Origin: Gammaproteobacteria bacterium
Lineage (GTDB): Bacteria; Pseudomonadota; Gammaproteobacteria; SURF-13
NCBI GenBank assembly: GCA_039914705.1
Contig: JBDSOT010000132.1
Span: 1 to 50,345, forward strand
DNA length: 50,345 nt
Direction: 5' to 3'
Part shown: one piece after another, positions 9,116 through 16,329 of the stretch
Position numbering within the stretch: the stretch's first letter is position 1
Layout: each line of letters opens with the position of its first letter
Translations under genes and position numbers: made by a program
Notes under the pieces: model-generated
The model's database searches: none
Seen by the model: the letters and a program-made list of their open reading frames with translations, nothing else
What the model was told of the DNA's origin: nothing

Positions 9116-11765
9116 GAACTCGAATTACAAGGACTTAACCAGCAGCTCCGGGTTACGCAACGCCTTTCTGGAATATTTCCGCGCGCACGGTCATGAAGTG
9201 ATTTCGAGCAGTCCCTTAGTGCCCGGCAACGATCCCACACTGCTATTCACCAACGCCGGTATGGTGCAATTCAAAGAGGTATTTCTCGGCCTCGAAAAAC
9301 GCGCCACTAAGCGTGCGGCGAGCAGTCAGCGCTGCGTGCGCGCCGGCGGCAAACATAATGATCTGGAAAATGTCGGTTACACGGCGCGCCATCATACCTT
9401 TTTCGAGATGCTCGGCAATTTCAGTTTCGGTGATTATTTCAAGCGCGAGGCGATCGGCTACGCCTGGGAATTTTTAACCCAGACATTGGGTCTCGCGCCC
9501 GAGCGTTTATGGATCACCGTGTTTGAAGATGACTCTGAGGCCGCTGACATCTGGCTTAAGGAAATCGGTATCGATCCGGCGCGCTTTTCGCGTTGCGGGG
9601 CCACGGACAATTTCTGGTCGATGGGTGACACCGGCCCGTGCGGGCCGTGTTCGGAAATCTTTTACGATCACGGCCCGCACATCACGGGCGGCCCGCCGGG
9701 CAGTCCTGACGCCGATGGCGACCGCTATGTCGAGATATGGAATCTCGTGTTCATGCAATATGATCGCGCCGCCGACGGCAAACTCAGCGCCCTGCCCCAC
9801 CCATCGGTCGATACCGGCATGGGCCTGGAGCGGCTCGCAGCGGTCATGCAGCGCGTGGCTAGTAATTACGACATCGACCTGTTCCGGCATCTGATCGACG
9901 CCATTACCAAGCTCGCCGTTGCAAACCGGCCTGGACAAAACACGAATGATTTGCGGGGCAACAATTCGCTACGCGTCATCGCCGACCATATACGCGCCAC
10001 GGCATTTCTGATCCTCGATGGCGTCATGCCCTCCAACGAAGGGCGCGGCTACGTGCTGCGCCGCATCATGCGCCGCGCCTTGCGTCACGGACACAAGCTC
10101 GGCCTTTCCGAGGCACCGTTTTTTTACAAGCTGGTCGGTCCCTTGTCTACCGAGATGGGCGCAGCCTATCCCGCCCTGACCAAGGCACAGGGCCAAATCG
10201 AGCGCGTGATCAAGCAGGAAGAGGAACGCTTCGCTGAAACCCTGGAGCAAGGGCTGCGCATTCTGGATCAGGATATCAGCAAGCTCAGCGGCAACATTAT
10301 CCCCGGCGAAACGATATTCCGTTTGTATGACACCTACGGCTTTCCGCTGGATCTTACCGGCGAGATCGCGCGTGAACGCAATCTCGAAATGGATACTGCC
10401 GGGTTTGAACAGGCCATGAACAGGCAACGCGAGCGTGCGCGTTCCGCCAGCCAGTTCGGCGTTGCCTACCCTGGCAAGATCGACATCGAGGGCGCAACCG
10501 ACTTCACCGGCTACGAGGCCTTGTTGACGGAACAGGCCCCGGTAACAGCCTTGTACAAAGACAGCACATCTGTTGAGAAATTAACTGCGGGCGAGCATGG
10601 CATGGTCGTACTGGCACGCACACCTTTTTATGCCGAGTCCGGCGGACAGGTCGGCGATAAAGGCATATTGCATAACTCTGCTGCGCTATTTGAGGTCGCA
10701 GATACACGCAAGCACGGTGCCGCGCACGCCCATGTCGGCATTGTAAAATCAGGCCAGCTCCACATCGGCGACATGTTGAACGCCGAGGTAAATGCGGATG
10801 CACGCCGGGCCACGGCTGCCAATCACTCCGCGACTCACTTGCTGCACGCGGCATTACGCAAGGAACTGGGGGCGCATGTCATACAGAAGGGTTCGCTTGT
10901 TAGCGCCGAGCGTTTGCGGTTCGACTTCGCACATTTTGAACCGATGACTCCGGCACAGATCAATACGGTTGAACAGCTGGTCAACGCACAGATACGGCTT
11001 AATTATGCAGCGGAGACGCAGGTTATGGCCGTGGACGAGGCCATCGCGAGCGGCGCTGTTGCCCTATTCGGTGAAAAATATTCCGAGCGCGTGCGCGTCT
11101 TGCGCATGGGCGATTTTTCTACCGAGCTGTGCGGCGGTACGCATGTAATGCGCAGCGGTGACATCGGTTTGTTTAAAATCATTTCAGAGAGCGGTATCGC
11201 CTCCGGCATTCGACGCATCGAGGCCGTCAGCGGCCAAGGCGCGGTTAGTTGGCTGGAAGAAAGCGAAACGCGCCTGCTGCGCATTGCTGAATTGATTAAG
11301 GGCGGGCGCGATAACGCGGATGAAAAGGTACGGCAATTGCTGGAGCGCACGCGCAAGCTGGAAAAGGAGCTGGAGCAACTCAAAGGCAAGCTGGCGAGTT
11401 CCGCCGGCACCGATCTCGCGGCGCAGGTACAGCAAATAAACGGTGTTAATGTATTGGCAGCCCGGCTCGATGGCGCAGATGCCAAATCACTGCGCGATAC
11501 CGTCGACCAACTCAAGAATAAACTTGGTTCCGCTGCCGTGGTACTGGCGGCGGTGGCCGATGGCAAGGTGAATGTGGTGGCCGGAGTAACCTCCGACATC
11601 ATGCAGCGTGTCAAGGCCGGCGACCTCGTGAATATCGTGGCGCAACAGGTCGGTGGCAAGGGCGGCGGGCGGCCCGATATGGCGCAGGCCGGTGGCAATA
11701 ATCCAGCGGCACTCGATGATGCGCTGAATTCCGTGTCAGAATGGGTGCGTCAGCAACTGAGCTAA
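9108..11765 (+). CDS. alaS: Alanine--tRNA ligase
   Basis: AlaRS homology starts at [31 protein letters not shown] (ATG 9108, overlapping the recX stop). The ORF-track extension back to 8943 overlaps recX out of frame. Confidence 0.97.
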   Translation: MTENSNYKDLTSSSGLRNAFLEYFRAHGHEVISSSPLVPGNDPTLLFTNAGMVQFKEVFLGLEKRATKRAASSQRCVRAGGKHNDLENVGYTARHHTFFEMLGNFSFGDYFKREAIGYAWEFLTQTLGLAPERLWITVFEDDSEAADIWLKEIGIDPARFSRCGATDNFWSMGDTGPCGPCSEIFYDHGPHITGGPPGSPDADGDRYVEIWNLVFMQYDRAADGKLSALPHPSVDTGMGLERLAAVMQRVASNYDIDLFRHLIDAITKLAVANRPGQNTNDLRGNNSLRVIADHIRATAFLILDGVMPSNEGRGYVLRRIMRRALRHGHKLGLSEAPFFYKLVGPLSTEMGAAYPALTKAQGQIERVIKQEEERFAETLEQGLRILDQDISKLSGNIIPGETIFRLYDTYGFPLDLTGEIARERNLEMDTAGFEQAMNRQRERARSASQFGVAYPGKIDIEGATDFTGYEALLTEQAPVTALYKDSTSVEKLTAGEHGMVVLARTPFYAESGGQVGDKGILHNSAALFEVADTRKHGAAHAHVGIVKSGQLHIGDMLNAEVNADARRATAANHSATHLLHAALRKELGAHVIQKGSLVSAERLRFDFAHFEPMTPAQINTVEQLVNAQIRLNYAAETQVMAVDEAIASGAVALFGEKYSERVRVLRMGDFSTELCGGTHVMRSGDIGLFKIISESGIASGIRRIEAVSGQGAVSWLEESETRLLRIAELIKGGRDNADEKVRQLLERTRKLEKELEQLKGKLASSAGTDLAAQVQQINGVNVLAARLDGADAKSLRDTVDQLKNKLGSAAVVLAAVADGKVNVVAGVTSDIMQRVKAGDLVNIVAQQVGGKGGGRPDMAQAGGNNPAALDDALNSVSEWVRQQLS

Positions 11766-12038
11766 GGAACCTCTGAACAATTCCATCCATGGAATTTTCA
11801 GAGACGAAAAGCAAAAATGTGATTTTTTCTTTTCTTCACTTTTCAAACACTTGTGTGTTTGAAAAATAGCGGCACATCCCTGTGCCGCAGGCAACTCTGA
11901 GTAAATCAGAGTTGCCTTAACCTGCTAACTCTTCTTTTTGTTTTCTGATGTTGCTTACGCAAGGAAGCCCTGATCAAGTCCGAGCTTCCCTAAACCCTCG
12001 CCAAGTGTTACCCTTCGCCCTTTTTCCAAGAAGCCAAG

Positions 12039-13268
12039 ATGTCGTTACTTGTACAAAAATATGGTGGCACCTCGGTCGGCAGCCCGCAACGCATTGCGCA
12101 GGTCGCCGAAAAGGTTATGGCTTACCGCCGCCAGGGGCACGATATTGTTGTTGTAGTCTCCGCGATGAGCGGCGAGACGGATCGCCTGCTCAAGCTTGCC
12201 CGGGAACTGGACGGGCAACCCTGTGCGCGTGAACTCGATGTGCTACTGGCCACTGGCGAGCAGGTAACTATCGCCCTGCTCAGTATCGCGTTGGAGAAAC
12301 TCGGTTGCGCGGCCCGCTCTTACACGGGCGGACAAGTGCATATTCTCACCGATAGTGCGCATAACAAGGCGCGCATCAAGGACATTGACAGTGCGCGTCT
12401 GCATAGGGATCTTGCGGAGGGTCGCGTGGTGGTCGTTGCGGGATTTCAGGGCGTGGATTGCGATGGCAATATCACCACGCTGGGACGCGGCGGTTCGGAT
12501 ACCACTGCCGTCGCACTGGCCGCTGCTTTGAAGGCGGATGAATGCCAGATTTATACCGACGTGGACGGCGTATACACAACCGATCCGCGCGTTGTCCCGC
12601 AGGCGCGCAGGCTCGACCGGCTCACCTACGAAGAGATGCTGGAAATGGCCAGCCTCGGTGCCAAGGTATTACAGATACGCTCGGTGGAATTCGCTAGTAA
12701 ATATAACGTTCCCGTGCGCGTGTTGTCTTCATTTGAGGAAGGCGGCGGCACGCTGATTACAACCGAGGAAGGGGCAATGGAGCAAGCGTTGATTTCGGGC
12801 ATCGCGTTCAATCGCGATGAAGCTAAACTGACTATCATGGGTGTGCCCGATCAGCCGGGCATTGCTTACCGCATTCTCGGGCCGATTGCCGAGGCGAATA
12901 TCGAAGTGGACATGATCATCCAGAATGTCGGCGCCGATGACCTGACCGACTTCACCTTCACCGTGCACCGCAATGATTACGACCGAGCCTTGGCCCTATT
13001 ACAGCAGACCTCGCAACAACTGGGTGCGCGCGAGGTGGCCGGCGATAAAACTATTGTTAAGGTTTCCGTTGTAGGAATGGGCATGCGCTCGCACGCAGGG
13101 ATTGCCAGCACCATGTTCCAGGCGCTGGCCAACGAGCAGATTAATATACGCATGATCTCCACCTCCGAGATAAAGATCTCCGTGGTGGTGGATGAAAAAT
13201 ATCTGGAACTGGCCGTGCGCTCGCTGCACAGCGCGTTCAAGCTTGATCAAATTGCCGCGCCTGCCTGA
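12039..13268 (+). CDS. lysC: Aspartate kinase (monofunctional, two ACT domains)
   Basis: MSLLVQKYGGTSVGS..., 409 aa. alaS-lysC-csrA synteny as in pseudomonads. Confidence 0.95.
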   Translation: MSLLVQKYGGTSVGSPQRIAQVAEKVMAYRRQGHDIVVVVSAMSGETDRLLKLARELDGQPCARELDVLLATGEQVTIALLSIALEKLGCAARSYTGGQVHILTDSAHNKARIKDIDSARLHRDLAEGRVVVVAGFQGVDCDGNITTLGRGGSDTTAVALAAALKADECQIYTDVDGVYTTDPRVVPQARRLDRLTYEEMLEMASLGAKVLQIRSVEFASKYNVPVRVLSSFEEGGGTLITTEEGAMEQALISGIAFNRDEAKLTIMGVPDQPGIAYRILGPIAEANIEVDMIIQNVGADDLTDFTFTVHRNDYDRALALLQQTSQQLGAREVAGDKTIVKVSVVGMGMRSHAGIASTMFQALANEQINIRMISTSEIKISVVVDEKYLELAVRSLHSAFKLDQIAAPA

Positions 13269-13389
13269 CTGGCGTGAATCTTGCGATGCAAACATATTAA
13301 GAAAAGTTTAGATGGAAAATATGAAGTTTCACCAACAGAGTGCGCATGTATAATGACCAGTTGGCAAAGACCAGGATGGCCTAGCCACT

Positions 13390-13413
13390 ACGGGAGATGA
13401 TCTCCCGTTTTTT
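13390..13413 (+). terminator. Intrinsic terminator after lysC
   Basis: ACGGGAGAT-G-ATCTCCCGT stem followed by TTTTTT (13408-13413). Confidence 0.7.
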
Positions 13414-13494
13414 CGCCAAGAGATAAGTGTTTCACTTAGGGCGTGTCCAATGATTAGACATGCCATGGCAATTGATTGAACAAGGAGTCAAACA

Positions 13495-13704
13495 ATGTTG
13501 ATCTTAACGCGACGTGTGGGTGAAACCCTGATCATTGGCGATGAAGTCACGGTCACAGTACTCGGCATCAAGGGCAATCAAGTACGCATCGGTGTGAATG
13601 CCCCTAAAGAAGTCAGCGTGCACCGTGAAGAAATTTACGAACGTATCCAGAAGGAAAAGATGCAGGGCGGATCTGCGGCCAGCATCATTGATGAAAACGA
13701 ATAA
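13495..13704 (+). CDS. csrA: Carbon storage regulator CsrA/RsmA
   Basis: [56 protein letters not shown] at 13482-13487. Confidence 0.97.
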   Translation: MLILTRRVGETLIIGDEVTVTVLGIKGNQVRIGVNAPKEVSVHREEIYERIQKEKMQGGSAASIIDENE

Positions 13705-13835
13705 AACTTTACCTGGCATGTCGCCTTAAGTATTCTACAGTTGACTCGTAAAGGTTGCTAAAACAAGCTGTCAGACTGGCATGAGCATGGTAAATCTCTG
13801 TATCTTGCCAGGCATGGTTTCACAGTGTTAATTAT

Positions 13836-13928
13836 GGAGAGATGGCCGAGAGGTCGAAGGCGCTCCCCTGCTAAGGGAGTATGGGGCTTAAAACTCCATC
13901 GAGGGTTCGAATCCCTCTCTCTCCGCCA
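13836..13928 (+). tRNA. tRNA-Ser (anticodon GCU), long variable arm, encoded CCA
   Basis: Acceptor GGAGAGA/TCTCTCC, anticodon stem CTCCC/GGGAG with loop CTGCTAA, T arm GAGGG-TTCGAAT-CCCTC, 3' GCCA. Confidence 0.95.
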
Positions 13929-13932
13929 TATT

Positions 13933-13974
13933 TTCCTTATGAGGAGGCTGGTTTTTTAGCCTCCTCATAAGGAA
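13933..13974. repeat. Perfect 17-bp stem hairpin (loop GGTTTTTT) just 3' of tRNA-Ser
   Basis: TTCCTTATGAGGAGGCT (13933-13949) pairs with AGCCTCCTCATAAGGAA (13958-13974). No U-tract follows, so it is not a classical terminator. Confidence 0.8.
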
Positions 13975-14092
13975 GATTATGCGATAAGCATTCGAACCCT
14001 CGAGAAATCATAAGCAGGGTTCGACCAAATCGCCTGGAGCGATTTGGAACAGCCGAAGGCTGGCCCGCAGGGGGCACAGGGAAGTGCGGAGT

Positions 14093-14111
14093 AATCCCTC
14101 TCTCTCCGCCA
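14093..14111 (+). repeat. 19-nt exact direct repeat of the tRNA-Ser 3' end (att-like)
   Basis: AATCCCTCTCTCTCCGCCA occurs at 13910-13928 (inside the tRNA) and again at 14093-14111. Confidence 0.9.
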
Positions 14112-14198
14112 GTTAAATGCATGGCCCTGAAAATGTGTTTGCCGCGCGTATCAGAAGGCAAAATGACCACATGCTTCAGAACACTGTGAGTGCAATTC

Positions 14199-14227
14199 TT
14201 GACACCCCGGCATCAGGCCGCGATAAT
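14199..14227 (+). promoter_or_regulatory. Sigma-70 promoter of tRNA-Arg
   Basis: TTGACA (14199-14204), 17-nt spacer, GATAAT (14222-14227), then GC-rich discriminator GCGGCACCC before the tRNA 5' end at 14241. Confidence 0.6.
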
Positions 14228-14240
14228 GCGGCACCCTCAT

Positions 14241-14317
14241 GCGCCCGTAGCTCAGTTGGATAGAGTACCTGGCTACGAACCAGGCGGTCGGGAGTTCGAA
14301 TCTCTCCGGGCGCACCA
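14241..14317 (+). tRNA. tRNA-Arg (anticodon ACG), encoded CCA
   Basis: Acceptor GCGCCCG/CGGGCGC, anticodon stem CCTGG/CCAGG with loop CTACGAA, T loop TTCGAAT, 77 nt. Confidence 0.95.
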
Positions 14318-14535
14318 ATCTTTAGGTAAACGTGGGCATTTGACTCTCCTCGCCCATTTATATCCTTGCAATAATTAGAGCACAATTGTGTGGCTAATAT
14401 GCTAGCCCACTGTCAGTCCTGCTTGGCGTAATACTGTAGGCGTCACCTTACACGCAATCTATCACGTTAGTTGAGCATTACCTCCAGCTTTCCCAGCTTA
14501 GCAAACACTCTGCACTACTAGCCTACAATTTTATA

Positions 14536-14565
14536 GACTGTCTGGTGTATTAACACCAGACAGTC
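14536..14565 (-). terminator. 13-bp perfect hairpin downstream of secreted paralogue A
   Basis: GACTGTCTGGTGT-ATTA-ACACCAGACAGTC. On the minus strand it is followed by CTATAAAATTGT. Confidence 0.55.
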
Positions 14566-14582
14566 CAGGCCGAAAGAAACTC

Positions 14583-15980
14583 TTACTTAACTACATTAAT
14601 CCGCGCCAGCATCTCGCTCAGCGACGTCGCCTTTGAGCTACTTATCTGAGTGCGCTTCAATTTCAACCGCCTAGCAGACTGACCGGTAGTCATGCCTTTA
14701 TTACGCTTCAGCATCCGAACACCCTTCGACCCAGTAGAAGGTAATTTACCAAGCGATTTTGGACCAACTGGATTGGCAACAGCCTTTCCCTTGGGGCGTA
14801 CTAACAAGCTGCTTGCCAATACCGGGGCGGGTAAATTGGTAAATGTGGGTACGGAAATGGGAGTGGTGGGAGTGGGAGTAACAACAAGTGTAGGTGTAGG
14901 TGATGGAACTGCACCTGTCGGCGACACTGGGCTACTGCCAGATGGCACCACACTACCGGTAGGTGCCCCCGCACGACGCACCAAGGGAATGACTTCGTCC
15001 ACAGAGAATGGCTCGCGCTGTTCCCACGATAAATGAGACGCGTGGAGTGTGCGATTGGCGAAGTTCAGAATCTCCTCTACGGTGGAGGCGCGGCCCGTTA
15101 CAGGGTTGATGTCGGTGTAGTTGCTCCACTGCACTGCCGGAGCCAGTGGCATGCTGCCCGCATATTGCCCATATAATTTATAGGGAGGCGGCTGACTGCT
15201 GACCGGACGACTTGCATGCACGTCCGGACCTCCGAGGCCCATCCCGATACTGTAGGCATATTCCACGAGACCTTTGAGTTTAAGCTCAACATCCGCTGCG
15301 CTATCACCCGACCACCAGTTGATATATTGAACACACATTGTTCGAGGAAATGCCGCCTTTAAGCCAGCCATAATACGTTTCTGGCCGATATATGCCTTTT
15401 CAGACGTGTAGTTCGCTTCCGCAGCGACTCCCTTCCATATCAGATTGCCGTTGGAGGTCTCATCCAGCACGATGCCTTCTACAAACGGCTCATTATCAAA
15501 GCGCGCCCCCAGTGCTTTAAACAACGCTATCTGGCGATCTTGCAGAGCGGTGTTCCAGCGCTTGGTTATCACCCGCTGCATATAGGCCGGTTTGTAAAAG
15601 CCTCCTTCAAATTCTGGCGTTCTTATATAATCCGGGAGCCATATCAAGGGCCAGTTGCTGTTATCCGTTATTTCAATAATCAGGCGCTTTGGCGTGGGCA
15701 TGCTCATTAGATACTTCAAATCCGCTTCGATCATGGAGAAATCGTAGGCGCCACGCGTTGGCTCCAACCACTTCCATGCATAGCGCCTGTGCACACCTAC
15801 AAAATTAGGCTCGTTTTTAATGTAGTTAAATTCCCACTGCGAGTTCTGCGTCCCAAAATGGATAAGCCAATAATGACCTGGATGCCATTTAGTGGGAAAT
15901 GCCGCTTGGGCGGGAATGCTTACTGCTGTTGCTACTATTAATCCGAGAGTTAATGACAGAATTCGAGAAATATTTCGCAT
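14583..15980 (-). CDS. Secreted protein of unknown function, paralogue A (possible TIM-barrel glycoside-hydrolase-like body + Pro/Thr linker + basic tail)
   Basis: Signal peptide MRNISRILSLTLGLIVATAVSIPAQA. The body has GH-like strings (YAWKWLEPTRGAYDFSMIEADL, VEGIVLDETSNGN, HLSWEQRE). Start set at ATG 15980 (G-rich SD). Paralogous to 19438-20475. Confidence 0.75.
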   Translation of the reverse strand: MRNISRILSLTLGLIVATAVSIPAQAAFPTKWHPGHYWLIHFGTQNSQWEFNYIKNEPNFVGVHRRYAWKWLEPTRGAYDFSMIEADLKYLMSMPTPKRLIIEITDNSNWPLIWLPDYIRTPEFEGGFYKPAYMQRVITKRWNTALQDRQIALFKALGARFDNEPFVEGIVLDETSNGNLIWKGVAAEANYTSEKAYIGQKRIMAGLKAAFPRTMCVQYINWWSGDSAADVELKLKGLVEYAYSIGMGLGGPDVHASRPVSSQPPPYKLYGQYAGSMPLAPAVQWSNYTDINPVTGRASTVEEILNFANRTLHASHLSWEQREPFSVDEVIPLVRRAGAPTGSVVPSGSSPVSPTGAVPSPTPTLVVTPTPTTPISVPTFTNLPAPVLASSLLVRPKGKAVANPVGPKSLGKLPSTGSKGVRMLKRNKGMTTGQSARRLKLKRTQISSSKATSLSEMLARINVVK

Positions 15981-16131
15981 GAAGCCCCCCAAACAAATGC
16001 ACGACAAGAAATGTCCTGCTTCATGGGTAATAAAGCAGAATGCATGCCATGCATGGTATTGAGAGGCTTGGAGAAACTAGATTTAACTAGAGGTGAGAGG
16101 TTAAATTTAACTAAAATGGTAACTTACAGGA

Positions 16132-16139
16132 ATTTTATA
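16132..16139 (-). promoter_or_regulatory. Candidate -10 box (TATAAAAT) of paralogue A, conserved with copy B
   Basis: The same AAAAAGTGRTTTCTATAAAATTCC string occurs about 155 nt upstream of the ATG in both paralogues. The -35 is weak. Confidence 0.3.
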
Positions 16140-16329
16140 GAAATCACTTTTTATATCATTTTTTTGGTTTGTAATTTTTTACAGTCTACTGAATTACGAT
16201 AGCGAGTACTCAAAGTCATTAAGTGACAATTATGGTCGACGCATTATTTAAATAAATATAAATTTGCATTTATAATTAGTCAAGGTCTTGCTGACACTCT
16301 GATACTAAAATTTTTCTGATGAATTTAAA

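Noticed and set aside
11766-12038. Possible lysine riboswitch (L-box) in front of lysC
   Set aside because: I could not find the conserved L-box core strings or its five-helix junction. The region consists of independent simple hairpins instead. A covariance-model scan (Rfam RF00168) would settle it.
14730-14744. LPSTG (sortase LPXTG-like) motif in the tail of secreted paralogue A
   Set aside because: No hydrophobic segment follows the motif. The genome context is Gram-negative (pilW, lipoproteins, LPS-type envelope genes). A chance match in a Pro/Ser/Thr/Gly-rich region is likely.
15981-16027. Upstream ATG (CCCATGAAGCAG...) opening a short uORF in both paralogue leaders (the 73-aa ORF 20327-20548 in copy B)
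   Set aside because: A 1-nt indel before the main ATG puts the uORF in different frames in the two copies, so the peptides are not conserved. The conservation is better explained at the RNA or DNA level.
16011-16202. 63-aa ORF in the AT-rich spacer upstream of paralogue A. Also a 66-aa ORF (26288-26488) between pfp and hppA, and a 77-aa ORF (13937-14170) across the tRNA-Ser scar.
   Set aside because: None has an SD. They have odd composition, overlap conserved non-coding or structural elements, and show no conservation between the two paralogue upstream regions.
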